Below, piece after piece: positions 10,135 to 20,367 of a stretch of 58,551 nucleotides of DNA. A model generated the notes under the pieces. That model had not been told where the DNA came from, made no database searches, and worked only from the letters and a program-made list of their open reading frames with translations. Source of the stretch: a virus (taxonomy: Duplodnaviria; Caudoviricetes); the IMG/VR virus record IMGVR_UViG_3300011335_000817, positions 1 to 58,551 of that record. The stretch is one strand, 5' to 3'. The first letter of the stretch is position 1, and each line of letters starts with the position of its first letter. The translations under genes were made by a program, and so were the position numbers.

Positions 10135-11442
10135 ATGAAACCACTATTTTTTATAAGCTGTCCGATCGACACGTACAGCGGCTACGGAGCACGTAGTAGA
10201 GATATTGTAAAAGCGCTTTTAAAATCGGATAAATACGATATTAAGATTATACCACAAAGATGGGGTAATACTCCATTTGGGTTTTTACAAGTAAATAATC
10301 CTGAACACAGACAAATATTAGATTGCATTTGGACTCAACCTCAGTTACCTAAACAACCAGATGTTTGGATGCAAATCACTGTACCAAATGAATTTCAACC
10401 AATTGGTAAATTTAATGTTGGTTTAACAGCAGGTATTGAAACAACAGTATGTGACGCTACTTGGATTGAAGGTGTTAATAAAATGGATTTAACCTTAGTA
10501 TCATCACAACACGCTAAAACAGTATTTGAAACATCTGTATTTGAACAACGTGATAGAAATCAAGGTAACAGGGTAGTTGGTTCTGTTAAATTAGAAAAAC
10601 CAGTAGAAGTATTATTTGAAGGTGTTGATACAACTATATACCAAAAACTAGATGCAGTAGCAGGTGAAAGTGAAGTAAATGATGTATTAAATACAATAGA
10701 TGAAGAATTTAATTATCTATTTGTAGGTCATTGGTTACAAGGCGAATTAGGACAAGACAGAAAAGATATTGGTATGTTAATTAAAACATTCCTTGAAACA
10801 TTTAAAGGTAAAAAGAAAAAACCAGGATTAATTTTAAAAACATCATCCGCTACGTATTCAGTAATGGATAGAGAAGATATATTAGATAAAATAAATAAAA
10901 TACGAGTTCACGTAGGCGATAAAGATTTACCAAATGTATATTTACTTCATGGTGAATTAGAAGATGGTGAAGTGAATGAATTATATAATCATCCCAAAGT
11001 AAAAGCACACGTATCATTTACTAAAGGTGAAGGATATGGTAGACCATTACTTGAATCATCAATTAGTCAAAAACCAGTAATTGTTTCTAATTATAGTGGT
11101 CATTTAGATTTCCTAGATACTGAAATGTCAGTTTTATTACCTGGTATAGTAAATTTAATTCATCCTTCCTCTGTAGTACAAAATATGCTTATTCCTGAAT
11201 CAAGTTGGTTTACAGTAGATTATGCTAAAGCATCTGAAAAATTAGAAGATGTTTATAAAAACTATAAAAACTATGTTGATGGAGCAAAAAGACAAGCGTA
11301 TCGTTCACGTACAGAATTTAGTTTAGATAAGATGGGTGAAAAATTAATTGAATTAATCGATACTAAAATTCCTAAACCAATCCAATTAAAATTACCTCAA
11401 TTAAAGAAAATTGAATTACCAAAACTTAAAAAAGTAGATTAA
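10135..11442 (+). CDS. GT-B glycosyltransferase (GT4-like)
   Basis: SGYGARSRD, DRKD, KGEGYGRPLLE, SGHLDF. Confidence 0.85.
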   Translation: MKPLFFISCPIDTYSGYGARSRDIVKALLKSDKYDIKIIPQRWGNTPFGFLQVNNPEHRQILDCIWTQPQLPKQPDVWMQITVPNEFQPIGKFNVGLTAGIETTVCDATWIEGVNKMDLTLVSSQHAKTVFETSVFEQRDRNQGNRVVGSVKLEKPVEVLFEGVDTTIYQKLDAVAGESEVNDVLNTIDEEFNYLFVGHWLQGELGQDRKDIGMLIKTFLETFKGKKKKPGLILKTSSATYSVMDREDILDKINKIRVHVGDKDLPNVYLLHGELEDGEVNELYNHPKVKAHVSFTKGEGYGRPLLESSISQKPVIVSNYSGHLDFLDTEMSVLLPGIVNLIHPSSVVQNMLIPESSWFTVDYAKASEKLEDVYKNYKNYVDGAKRQAYRSRTEFSLDKMGEKLIELIDTKIPKPIQLKLPQLKKIELPKLKKVD

Positions 11443-11443
11443 T

Positions 11444-11677
11444 ATGACATCACATGAATTTGTATTATGGTTTAAAGGATTTGCTGAAGCAGCAAGTAAC
11501 TATACTCTTACACCATCACAGTGGGATACTGTTAAAGAACAACTAGATAAAGTAAAAATTCCAACTACAAACTCTAGTGGATATACAAACTCTAGTGGAT
11601 ATACAATATCAGCCGGTGCCGAAGTATACGGAACAACTACTACAACCGCTCACGTAACATCAAACAACGTTTTTTAA
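11444..11677 (+). CDS. Hypothetical protein
   Basis: 77-aa ORF with duplicated TNSSGY. Confidence 0.6.
   Translation: MTSHEFVLWFKGFAEAASNYTLTPSQWDTVKEQLDKVKIPTTNSSGYTNSSGYTISAGAEVYGTTTTTAHVTSNNVF
11566..11606 (+). repeat. 18-nt in-frame tandem duplication
   Basis: tacaaactctagtggata x2 plus partial copy. Confidence 0.85.
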
Positions 11678-11678
11678 T

Positions 11679-12071
11679 ATGACAGAAAAATTAATAGACT
11701 GCCTTAGATGCGGATCAAACGCATGCAGCGAAATGACAGATGGAAAAGTAACTATATGGATTTGTATGGGTTGTGGATTTACATCTAATAATACTATTAA
11801 TGATAGTAATATGGAGCAAATGGAAACTACACTACCAGAACTATATAAAGCACTTAAACATAAAGACCAAGATGGAAAATATTGGTATCCAAATAGCGTA
11901 ATGTTAGAAGATAAATCAATGGTATTTGCTGAGGGTATATCAGTTAATGACTGGAAATGGTCTGCAGTACAATCGAAAGAGGGTAAAGCAGATATGACTA
12001 CTAAAAAAGAATTTACTGAACGCGACTTTATGGACGCTTTAGAATATATAGGTTACTTTAATAAAAAATAA
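11679..12071 (+). CDS. Zinc-ribbon protein
   Basis: CLRC ... CMGCG. Confidence 0.6.
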   Translation: MTEKLIDCLRCGSNACSEMTDGKVTIWICMGCGFTSNNTINDSNMEQMETTLPELYKALKHKDQDGKYWYPNSVMLEDKSMVFAEGISVNDWKWSAVQSKEGKADMTTKKEFTERDFMDALEYIGYFNKK

Positions 12072-12074
12072 TTT

Positions 12075-12689
12075 ATGCCATCAATTAGTTATGCAATCAC
12101 AGCATGTAATGAACATGTTGAATTAGAACGCCTATTAGAACAATTAGATACTAATATTCGAGATATAGATGAAGTAGTAATTCAACTAGATACTACAGCA
12201 ACAGAAGAAGTTAAAGAAGTATGCTATAAATATCCTGCATTTAGTTTATGGGAATTTTCATTAAATGGAGATTTTGCTTCATTTAAGAATCATCTTAAAA
12301 GTAAATGCAATAGAGATTATATCTTTCAAATTGACGCTGATGAATATATATCAGAAGAATTACTCCAATACCTCCCAGAAATCTTAGAAATGAATCCTGA
12401 AATTGAAATGTATGCTGTACCTAGAATTAATACAGTAGAAGGTTTAACTCCAGGCCATATTCTAAAATGGGGATGGAGAGTAAATGAAAAGGGATGGGTA
12501 AACTATCCTGATCATCAACAACGCGTATTCAAAAATCTAGACAGAATAAAATGGGTAAATAAAGTACATGAACGAATAGTTGGAGCTCGTACTACTGAAC
12601 CATTTCCTGATGGATTTAATTTGAATTTAATACATCCTAAAACAATTGAACGTCAAGAACGACAAAATAAATTTTATAATACATTATGA
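12075..12689 (+). CDS. GT2-family glycosyltransferase
   Basis: ITACNE, FQIDADE, KVHE. Confidence 0.88.
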   Translation: MPSISYAITACNEHVELERLLEQLDTNIRDIDEVVIQLDTTATEEVKEVCYKYPAFSLWEFSLNGDFASFKNHLKSKCNRDYIFQIDADEYISEELLQYLPEILEMNPEIEMYAVPRINTVEGLTPGHILKWGWRVNEKGWVNYPDHQQRVFKNLDRIKWVNKVHERIVGARTTEPFPDGFNLNLIHPKTIERQERQNKFYNTL

Positions 12690-13594
12690 AAATATTAGTT
12701 ACTGGGGGCAGTGGAATGGTAGGTAAATCATTAAAAAAATATCTACCAGATGCTATTTATATTTCTTCTAAAGATTATGATTTAACTTCTGAAATTGATG
12801 TATATCAAATGTTTAATAACATTAAACCAGACATTGTAATTCATTTAGCTGCTAAAGTAGGAGGAATAATGGATAATATTACCTATCCAGCAGACTATTT
12901 TGATAAAAATATTATAATGAACACTCTGATGTTGAAATGGACTCAACAACATAATGTAAAAAGATTTATAGGAATACTAAGTACCTGCATATACCCAGAC
13001 GTAGTTGAATCATATCCAATAAATGAGAATGTGTTACATTTAGGTCCACCTGCAAAAACTAATTTCTCATATGGATATGCTAAACGAGCATTAGCGGTAC
13101 AAATAGATGCCTATAATCAACAATACGATACTCAATATCAATATCTAATTCCTTGTAATTTATATGGTGAATATGATAAGTATGGTAATAATAGTCATTT
13201 CATAGCGGCATTAATTAAAAAAATTCATAATGCTAAAATAAATAATGAAAATAAAATAACGTTATTTGGAGTTGGAAGCCCATTAAGACAATTTATGCAT
13301 TCTGATGATTTAGCTTATGTTATTAAATACTGTTTAGATAATAACATTTATGATAATATGAATGTAGCTATAGACGAAAATTTATCAATAACAGAAATGG
13401 CTCAAATTGCTCTTAAAGCATGTAGTGCTGAACATATAGAAATAGAATATGATATAACTAAACCTAATGAGCAATATAGAAAAGATGTATCTTCTGAAAT
13501 ATTAAAATCAAAACTACCATCATTTAGTCCTATTAATTTATATGATGGAATAAAACAAACATACAATTATTTAATTAAAAACAATATAATATGA
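12686..13594 (+). CDS. GDP-L-fucose/GDP-L-colitose synthase-like epimerase-reductase (Fcl/ColC family)
   Basis: TGGSGMVG, HLAAKVGGI, STCIYP, YGYAK, PCNLYG. Confidence 0.88.
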   Translation: MKILVTGGSGMVGKSLKKYLPDAIYISSKDYDLTSEIDVYQMFNNIKPDIVIHLAAKVGGIMDNITYPADYFDKNIIMNTLMLKWTQQHNVKRFIGILSTCIYPDVVESYPINENVLHLGPPAKTNFSYGYAKRALAVQIDAYNQQYDTQYQYLIPCNLYGEYDKYGNNSHFIAALIKKIHNAKINNENKITLFGVGSPLRQFMHSDDLAYVIKYCLDNNIYDNMNVAIDENLSITEMAQIALKACSAEHIEIEYDITKPNEQYRKDVSSEILKSKLPSFSPINLYDGIKQTYNYLIKNNII

Positions 13595-14742
13595 TTAAAT
13601 TAGTAAGTGATACTATTGATAAAAATGATATCAATGCTCTTATAGAATGGTTATCTCAGGATGAAATTCCTAGACTAACTAAGGGAGATTTAACAATAGA
13701 ATTAGAAAAAAAATGGAGTGAAAAAATAGGAACAAAATACTCTGTATTTGTCAATTCAGGATCTTCTTCTATTTTACTAACATTAGCAGCATTAAAACAT
13801 AAAGCTAAATTAAAAAATTTTAAAGTAGTAGTTCCATCATTAAGTTGGGCTACAGATTTATCTTCACCTGTATTGCTAGGATTAGAACCAATATTATGTG
13901 ATTGTAATTTAAATGATTTATCTTGTGATTTAGAACATCTAGAAGAAATATTTAAAAAAGAAAATCCATCCGTTCTTATTTTAGTATCTGTTTTAGGATT
14001 AGTTCCTAATATGGATAAAATTGTTGAATTATGTAACAAATATGATGTTATACTTTTAGAAGATGTTTGTGAAAGTATGGGTTCAAAATATAAAGAACAA
14101 TATTTAGGAACATTTGGATTAGCTTCATTCTTCTCAATGTATTTCGGCCATCATTTAAGTACAATTGAAGGGGGATTTATTAATACAGATGATGAAGATT
14201 TATATTATACTTTATTGATGATGAGAAGTCATGGGTGGGCTAGAGATTTACCTATAGAAAAACAAAACGAATATAAAATTAAGTATGGTGTTAACGATTT
14301 TGAAGCACTATATAATTTCTATATTCCGGGATTTAATTTAAGATCAACTGATTTACAAGCATTTATTGGATTAAGAGCGATAGATAAATTAGATAAATAT
14401 GCTGATCTTAGAAATAAAAATTTTCATTACTATTTAGATAATATAAAAAACAATGAACTAACAATCCAGACCAATCCTGGTGACTTTATATCTAATTTTG
14501 CTATGCCTATTGTTAATAAAAATAAAGAAACAATAGTTAAAAATCTAATGGAAAATAAAATAGAATGCAGACCATTAATTGCTGGTAATTTAGGAAATAA
14601 ACCATTTTGGTATGAAAATTTTGCTGAGGTATATATGAGAAATGGTAATATAATAGATAAATATGGTTTCTATATTCCAAATCATCAAGATCTAACACAA
14701 GAACAACTTGATAAAATAATTAAAATTGTAAATAATGAGTAA
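13591..14742 (+). CDS. colD: DegT-family PLP enzyme, ColD-like GDP-4-keto-6-deoxymannose 3-dehydratase
   Basis: VNSGSS, EDVCESMG, SMYFGHHLSTIEGG (His where aminotransferases have Lys), RSHGW, GFNLR. Confidence 0.75.
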   Translation: MIKLVSDTIDKNDINALIEWLSQDEIPRLTKGDLTIELEKKWSEKIGTKYSVFVNSGSSSILLTLAALKHKAKLKNFKVVVPSLSWATDLSSPVLLGLEPILCDCNLNDLSCDLEHLEEIFKKENPSVLILVSVLGLVPNMDKIVELCNKYDVILLEDVCESMGSKYKEQYLGTFGLASFFSMYFGHHLSTIEGGFINTDDEDLYYTLLMMRSHGWARDLPIEKQNEYKIKYGVNDFEALYNFYIPGFNLRSTDLQAFIGLRAIDKLDKYADLRNKNFHYYLDNIKNNELTIQTNPGDFISNFAMPIVNKNKETIVKNLMENKIECRPLIAGNLGNKPFWYENFAEVYMRNGNIIDKYGFYIPNHQDLTQEQLDKIIKIVNNE

Positions 14743-15709
14743 AAAAGCCCTAATAACAGGTATTAATGGACAGGATGGTAGTTATTTAGCTGAGTTTTTA
14801 TTAGAAAAAGGATATGAGGTTCATGGTACTCTAAAAAGAAATTCTGTAGCTGAGAATCAAACATCTCGTTTAGAAAGTATATTTAGTAAAATTAAATTAC
14901 ATTATGCTGATCTAACAGATATGGCTTCTTTAATTTATGTTATTCAACAAACACAACCTGATGAAATATATAATTTAGCAGCTCAAAGTCATGTTAGAAT
15001 ATCCTTTGATCAACCTCTATATACAGCTAATGTAACAGGAATAGGTACATTAAATTTATTAGAAGCGGTTCGTTTAATTAAACCCAACGCTAAAGTATAT
15101 CAAGCATCATCATCTGAAATGTTTGGTAATTCAATTGATAATGATGGATTCCAAAGAGAAACAACCCCATTAAACCCAGTATCTCCTTATGGGTGTGCTA
15201 AAGTATTTAGTTATAATATATGTCGCAACTATAGAAATTCGTATAACATGTTTATCTCTAATGGTATTCTATTTAATCATGAATCACCAAGAAGAGGTAC
15301 TAACTTCGTTACAAATAAAGTAGTAAAAGAAGCAGTTAAAATTAAATTAGGATTATCTAATGAACTTAAATTAGGTAATTTAGATGCAACTAGAGATTGG
15401 GGGCATGCAAAAGATTATATAAAAGCGATGTGGGAGATCTTACAACTAGATAAACCAGATGACTTTGTATGTGCAACTGGTATATCTCATTCAGTAAGAG
15501 AACTTGTTAATTATGTTTTTACAAGATTAGGATTACACTGGTCGGAATATGTTAAACAAGATGAAAAATTTTTAAGACCTGAAGAATTACATGATTTAAA
15601 AGGAGATTGCACAAAATTAAAATTAACTACAGGCTGGGTTCCCCAATATACATTTGAGACAATGTTAGATGAAATGATTGATTATTGGTTAAATTATTAT
15701 AAAAAATGA
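14735..15709 (+). CDS. gmd: GDP-mannose 4,6-dehydratase
   Basis: ITGINGQDGSYLAE, LAAQSHV, QASSSE, SPYGCAK, LFNHESPRRG, RDWGHAKDY. Confidence 0.97.
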   Translation: MSKKALITGINGQDGSYLAEFLLEKGYEVHGTLKRNSVAENQTSRLESIFSKIKLHYADLTDMASLIYVIQQTQPDEIYNLAAQSHVRISFDQPLYTANVTGIGTLNLLEAVRLIKPNAKVYQASSSEMFGNSIDNDGFQRETTPLNPVSPYGCAKVFSYNICRNYRNSYNMFISNGILFNHESPRRGTNFVTNKVVKEAVKIKLGLSNELKLGNLDATRDWGHAKDYIKAMWEILQLDKPDDFVCATGISHSVRELVNYVFTRLGLHWSEYVKQDEKFLRPEELHDLKGDCTKLKLTTGWVPQYTFETMLDEMIDYWLNYYKK

Positions 15710-16542
15710 ATTTTATTACTAAAATAAATATATCACACCAATGTGATTTTGGTTCTCAAATGAGTAATTATGCTTCTTTAATAGCTATAGGGAAAAAAAC
15801 TAATTTAACTCCTATTTTTATAGAAGAATACTTAAATATAAGATATGGTTTTCCTTTAAAAGAACCATTTACAACTTCCATTCCTATTTATTCATTAAAT
15901 GATATACCTAGACATGATTTATACCAAATAAATCCTGATCACAACAATCTTGGATTAATAGATGAAAACTTATTTTCTTTGGATTCTAATTATAGCTACG
16001 ATATTGAAGGAGATTTATTTAGCATGAACTATTTTGACAGTATTAAAGATGAAATATTAGAATTATATACCTTTAAAAATGAAATAATATCCTTCTGTTC
16101 AGATTATATCAGTCAAATTAAACAAGAAGATGAAATATTAGTATCAATTCACTTTAGAAGAGGAGATTATTTAATATATTCGTCTTTAAATTTATCTTTA
16201 GATTATTACAGAGATGCTGTTGATACTTTAAAAAATATTTATCCTGATAAAAAAATAAAATATTTAATTTTCTCAAATGGAATGGAATGGGTTAAAGAAA
16301 ACTTTAAACTTGATAATTGTGTATATGTTGAAAATTTAGATAGGTTTAAAGATATGTGTTTAATGTCATTATGTGATCATAATATTATAGCTAATAGTAG
16401 CTTTAGTTGGTGGGGAGCTTTTCTAAATAAAAATCCAAATAAAACAGTAATTTGCCCATATCATTATCTTATGGGACCAGGTAGTGAATTATATAATGGA
16501 CATTATTACCCTAAAGAATGGATAAACATAAAAACAATATAA
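15706..16542 (+). CDS. GT11 alpha-1,2-fucosyl/colitosyltransferase
   Basis: IHFRRGDY, CDHNIIANSSFSWWGA. Confidence 0.9.
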   Translation: MNFITKINISHQCDFGSQMSNYASLIAIGKKTNLTPIFIEEYLNIRYGFPLKEPFTTSIPIYSLNDIPRHDLYQINPDHNNLGLIDENLFSLDSNYSYDIEGDLFSMNYFDSIKDEILELYTFKNEIISFCSDYISQIKQEDEILVSIHFRRGDYLIYSSLNLSLDYYRDAVDTLKNIYPDKKIKYLIFSNGMEWVKENFKLDNCVYVENLDRFKDMCLMSLCDHNIIANSSFSWWGAFLNKNPNKTVICPYHYLMGPGSELYNGHYYPKEWINIKTI

Positions 16543-16553
16543 AAATAAAAAAC

Positions 16554-17105
16554 ATGGAACATTTTTACAAAAATCTAGGAGAAAATTGGTTTACTTATCC
16601 CAATTTATATTCGTACATGATAGAAAAATTCCCAACCAATTCACACTTTGTAGAAGTAGGAACATGGAAGGGAATGAGCGCAGCTTATATGGCTGTAGAG
16701 ATAATAAACTCAGAAAAAAATATAAAATTTGATTGTGTAGATACATGGGGGTATATAGATTCTCAAAAAGAGATACCTGAAAATATGTTTGAGGGGTTAT
16801 ACGAAACCTTTCTACAAAATATAGAACCAGTAAAACATATGATAACTCCTATTAAAGATTTATCTTGGGATGGAGCTAGACATTATGAAGATAATTCATT
16901 AGATTTTGTTTTTATTGACGCCGCACATGACTATGAAAGTGTTAAAAAAGATATCCATGCTTGGTTCCCTAAAATTAAAAAAGGAGGAGTAATTTCAGGA
17001 CATGATTATACTTGGTGTGATGATGTTAAAAAAGCAGTGAATGAATTCTTTTTAGATAAAGAAATATACGAAACTGAGGGCTGTTGGACCTATTTCAATA
17101 ATTAA
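16554..17105 (+). CDS. Class I SAM-dependent methyltransferase
   Basis: VEVGTWKG, VFIDAAHDYE, GGVISGHDY. Confidence 0.88.
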   Translation: MEHFYKNLGENWFTYPNLYSYMIEKFPTNSHFVEVGTWKGMSAAYMAVEIINSEKNIKFDCVDTWGYIDSQKEIPENMFEGLYETFLQNIEPVKHMITPIKDLSWDGARHYEDNSLDFVFIDAAHDYESVKKDIHAWFPKIKKGGVISGHDYTWCDDVKKAVNEFFLDKEIYETEGCWTYFNN

Positions 17106-17110
17106 ACTAT

Positions 17111-17920
17111 ATGAAGATATTTACTAGATTTTTTGATCCTAAAATATTTGAACAAAAACTTAAAAGTTTAAGTAACACTAATTTTTCTTTATTCATTGAT
17201 GATATACCTAAATCAAATGATGATTTATCTGAAATAAACATAATAGCATTAGTGGAACCAAATGAATATTTTGGATTACATGATTGGGTTATTCAGAACA
17301 AACATTTATTTAGTGTTATATTAACATGGAGTGACAAAGTATTGAATAAATGTGAAAATTCATTATTTTTACCATTTGGTCATACCTGGTTTAAACCGGA
17401 ACAATATGAAAAAGATCATAAAAAAGAATTTAAAATTTCCCATTTAAGAGGAAATCTATTGAAATCATATGGACATCAAATTCGTTGGGAAATATTAGAT
17501 AGAAAGGATGAGATAAAAATACCTACTAAATTCTTTGAAACCTACGGAGATAGACATAATCCTGAAAGAGCAGGAATAGATAAAGAAGAAGTATTTAGTG
17601 ATACTCAATTTGGAGTAGCCATTGAAAATTTTGCTCATAGAGGATGGTTTAGTGAAAAAATATTAGATTGTTTTCTATTAAAAATAATCCCAATGTATTG
17701 GGGGTGTTCAAATATAGGAGATTTCTTTAATACAGATGGTATAGTTAAATTTGGAGATGCAGATGAATTTATTTATATTTCCAATCAATTAACAGATAGT
17801 TATTATAATTCTAAAAAAGCTATTATTGAAGAAAATTATCAATTAGCACTTCAATATGTTAATTATGAAAATAATATTTCAAATAAAATATATGAAATAT
17901 TTCAACTAAATAATTTATGA
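17111..17920 (+). CDS. GT10-like (alpha-1,3-fucosyltransferase-type) glycosyltransferase
   Basis: FGVAIEN...WFSEKILDCF...IPMYWG. Confidence 0.75.
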   Translation: MKIFTRFFDPKIFEQKLKSLSNTNFSLFIDDIPKSNDDLSEINIIALVEPNEYFGLHDWVIQNKHLFSVILTWSDKVLNKCENSLFLPFGHTWFKPEQYEKDHKKEFKISHLRGNLLKSYGHQIRWEILDRKDEIKIPTKFFETYGDRHNPERAGIDKEEVFSDTQFGVAIENFAHRGWFSEKILDCFLLKIIPMYWGCSNIGDFFNTDGIVKFGDADEFIYISNQLTDSYYNSKKAIIEENYQLALQYVNYENNISNKIYEIFQLNNL

Positions 17921-18801
17921 TTCAGATATCTATTCATGTTCTGCCCCAAGAAATAGATCAATTAGAATATCAGCTTCTTCAATTAAAGCAAAACTCTAAT
18001 TATCTAACCCCAGAAAATAAAGTTATAGTGGATGTTGTTTTGAATCTTAATTTAGTAAAATGGAATGAATCTTCTATATCAAAGTCATTTTTTATTGATA
18101 AGTTTAAAAATTTAGAAAAATTAACTCAAACATGGGCTGAAACTAAATTTGAAGCGAATGAGAATGGTACTATACAAGGCTGTGTATCACATCGAAGAAA
18201 AATAGCTAAAGAAACTCAATCAGATGCTGTATTATTATTAGATACTGATATAGTATTTAGCTCTACTTTATTATTTCATTTTATTCATTCAGTTAATGCA
18301 TTAAAAGATACTAATCCATATTATATATTAACTCCTCAAACAACTCCGATGTGGGATAATAGTTGGGATATTATTATTAATGATAAATTTAAAAATGATG
18401 GTATTCATTTTTTAAATAGAGATCCTTACAACTATGCTCAGTGCTTAGGAGAGGTCAATATAAAACCCATTAATGAATTTAAATTTGGAGGTGGATGGGC
18501 CACATTAATTAGCACTCCATTATTCAAATATATAGGAGTACCAGAATCATTAGGACATTATGGTTTGGAAGATACTTATATTATGGTTTGTTCTCAAATA
18601 ATGAAACAAAAAGGAATGAATATTACTCAATTTGTTTTAGAAAATGAAATAATTGTTGAAGATCATTTATTTAGATTTAATCCATATAAAAATTATTTAT
18701 CAATAATAGATAAAAGAGAAGAATTTAAACAAACAGCACATAGTAATTTTCAAAATGAAATAAATAAGTTTGGAGAACTAATAAATAAATATTATATTTA
18801 A
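17917..18801 (+). CDS. Putative GT-A glycosyltransferase
   Basis: LLDTDIVF DxD motif, YGLEDT. Confidence 0.6.
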   Translation: MIQISIHVLPQEIDQLEYQLLQLKQNSNYLTPENKVIVDVVLNLNLVKWNESSISKSFFIDKFKNLEKLTQTWAETKFEANENGTIQGCVSHRRKIAKETQSDAVLLLDTDIVFSSTLLFHFIHSVNALKDTNPYYILTPQTTPMWDNSWDIIINDKFKNDGIHFLNRDPYNYAQCLGEVNIKPINEFKFGGGWATLISTPLFKYIGVPESLGHYGLEDTYIMVCSQIMKQKGMNITQFVLENEIIVEDHLFRFNPYKNYLSIIDKREEFKQTAHSNFQNEINKFGELINKYYI

Positions 18802-18805
18802 TTAT

Positions 18806-19705
18806 ATGAAAAAAACTAATTACAATAAAATATTCATAGCAGGGGCTAATGGAATGTTAGGAACAACACTTCAAAATATTACTAATACTGAAAGATTTTT
18901 GCTTACAGATAAAGATACTTCAGAAAATGTTAGTTGGTGTGATATTAGAGATTTAAAATATACAGCTAATCTAATTAATGAATACCAACCAGATATTATT
19001 TTAAATTTTGCAGCATTAGTAGATTTAGAATATTGTGAAGAAAATCAAGACGATTGTTACTCAACTAATACAATTGCTGCTATTCATTTATTTAATTTAG
19101 CTAAAGATTTGAATATTCCATACGTGTTTATAAGTACAGCAGGAATATTTGGAAATGATAAAGAATTTTATACTGAAGAAGATCAACCATATCCATTAAG
19201 CGCATACGGTAAAAGTAAATACTTTACTGAACAACTATTATTAAACCAGAATTATCCTAAATATTGGATATTTCGAGCAGGGTGGATGATGGGTGGAGGT
19301 CCTGAAAAAGATAAAAAATTTATAAATAAAATTATAAAACAAATTAAATCAGGGGCTAAAGAATTATTTGTAGTTGATGATAAATTAGGTGTTCCTACTT
19401 ACACTAAAGATTTTGCTTTATCTATTTTAAGACATATTGAAGAAAATTTACCATATGGATTATATAATATGGTAAGTCAAGGTGAAGCAAGTAGATATGA
19501 AACTGCTATAGCTATTAATGAATATCTTAATTTAGGATTAACAGTTCATAAAGTAGATAGTAATTACTATAAAGAGGAATACTTTGCTCCTAGACCATAC
19601 TCAGAAAAATTAATAAATAAATCATTAAACGATTTAGAAAGAAATTATATGAGAAATTGGAAAACATGTTTACATGAATATTTAAATGAATATTTTACTA
19701 TATGA
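18806..19705 (+). CDS. RmlD-like NDP-4-keto-sugar reductase
   Basis: AGANGMLG, YGKSK, PTY, APRP. Confidence 0.85.
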   Translation: MKKTNYNKIFIAGANGMLGTTLQNITNTERFLLTDKDTSENVSWCDIRDLKYTANLINEYQPDIILNFAALVDLEYCEENQDDCYSTNTIAAIHLFNLAKDLNIPYVFISTAGIFGNDKEFYTEEDQPYPLSAYGKSKYFTEQLLLNQNYPKYWIFRAGWMMGGGPEKDKKFINKIIKQIKSGAKELFVVDDKLGVPTYTKDFALSILRHIEENLPYGLYNMVSQGEASRYETAIAINEYLNLGLTVHKVDSNYYKEEYFAPRPYSEKLINKSLNDLERNYMRNWKTCLHEYLNEYFTI

Positions 19706-20340
19706 AAAATGTATATGATATAACAAATGAATTTGAAAGACGCTTAGCAGAATATACAGGAGCACCCTATGTTGTAACTGTAGATAATCAATCAAATGGC
19801 TTATTCTTAGCACTAATGTATGAGAATGTTAAAGGAACAGAAATAACTATTCCTTCACGTACATACCCATCAGTACCATGTGAAATTATCCATGCTGGGG
19901 CAAAAGTTAACTTTAAAAAAGTTAAAGGCAAAACATTAAAAGGAGCATATCAGCTAGAACCAACAAATGTATGGGACTCCGCTTTAAGCTTTACAACAGA
20001 CATGTATAAACCAGGAACACATATGTGCATCTCATTTACAGGTCCGTATAAACACTTTAAATTAAGTAAAGGTGGAGCTATATTAACAGACAACTATGAT
20101 GCTTATCTATGGTTTAAAAGAGCTAGATACAGCGGTAGAAGAGAATGCTCATACCATGACGATAATTTAGATATGTTAGGATGGAATTTCTATATGATAC
20201 CAGAATTAGCTACTCGTGGTTTGTTATTAATGAACCAATTTTATAATGGAGAAGGAAGACCTAAACATAATGAAGATCTAGAATTACCTTATCCTGATTT
20301 ATCTAAATTTGAAATTTATACTAAAGCTAATAGAGATTAG
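19702..20340 (+). CDS. Short DegT/DnrJ-family PLP aminotransferase-like protein
   Basis: FERRLAEYTGA, DSA, SF...KH...GGAILT, GWNFYM; only 212 aa. Confidence 0.75.
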   Translation: MKNVYDITNEFERRLAEYTGAPYVVTVDNQSNGLFLALMYENVKGTEITIPSRTYPSVPCEIIHAGAKVNFKKVKGKTLKGAYQLEPTNVWDSALSFTTDMYKPGTHMCISFTGPYKHFKLSKGGAILTDNYDAYLWFKRARYSGRRECSYHDDNLDMLGWNFYMIPELATRGLLLMNQFYNGEGRPKHNEDLELPYPDLSKFEIYTKANRD

Positions 20341-20367
20341 GCAAAATAATTTTAATACATTTATTAT

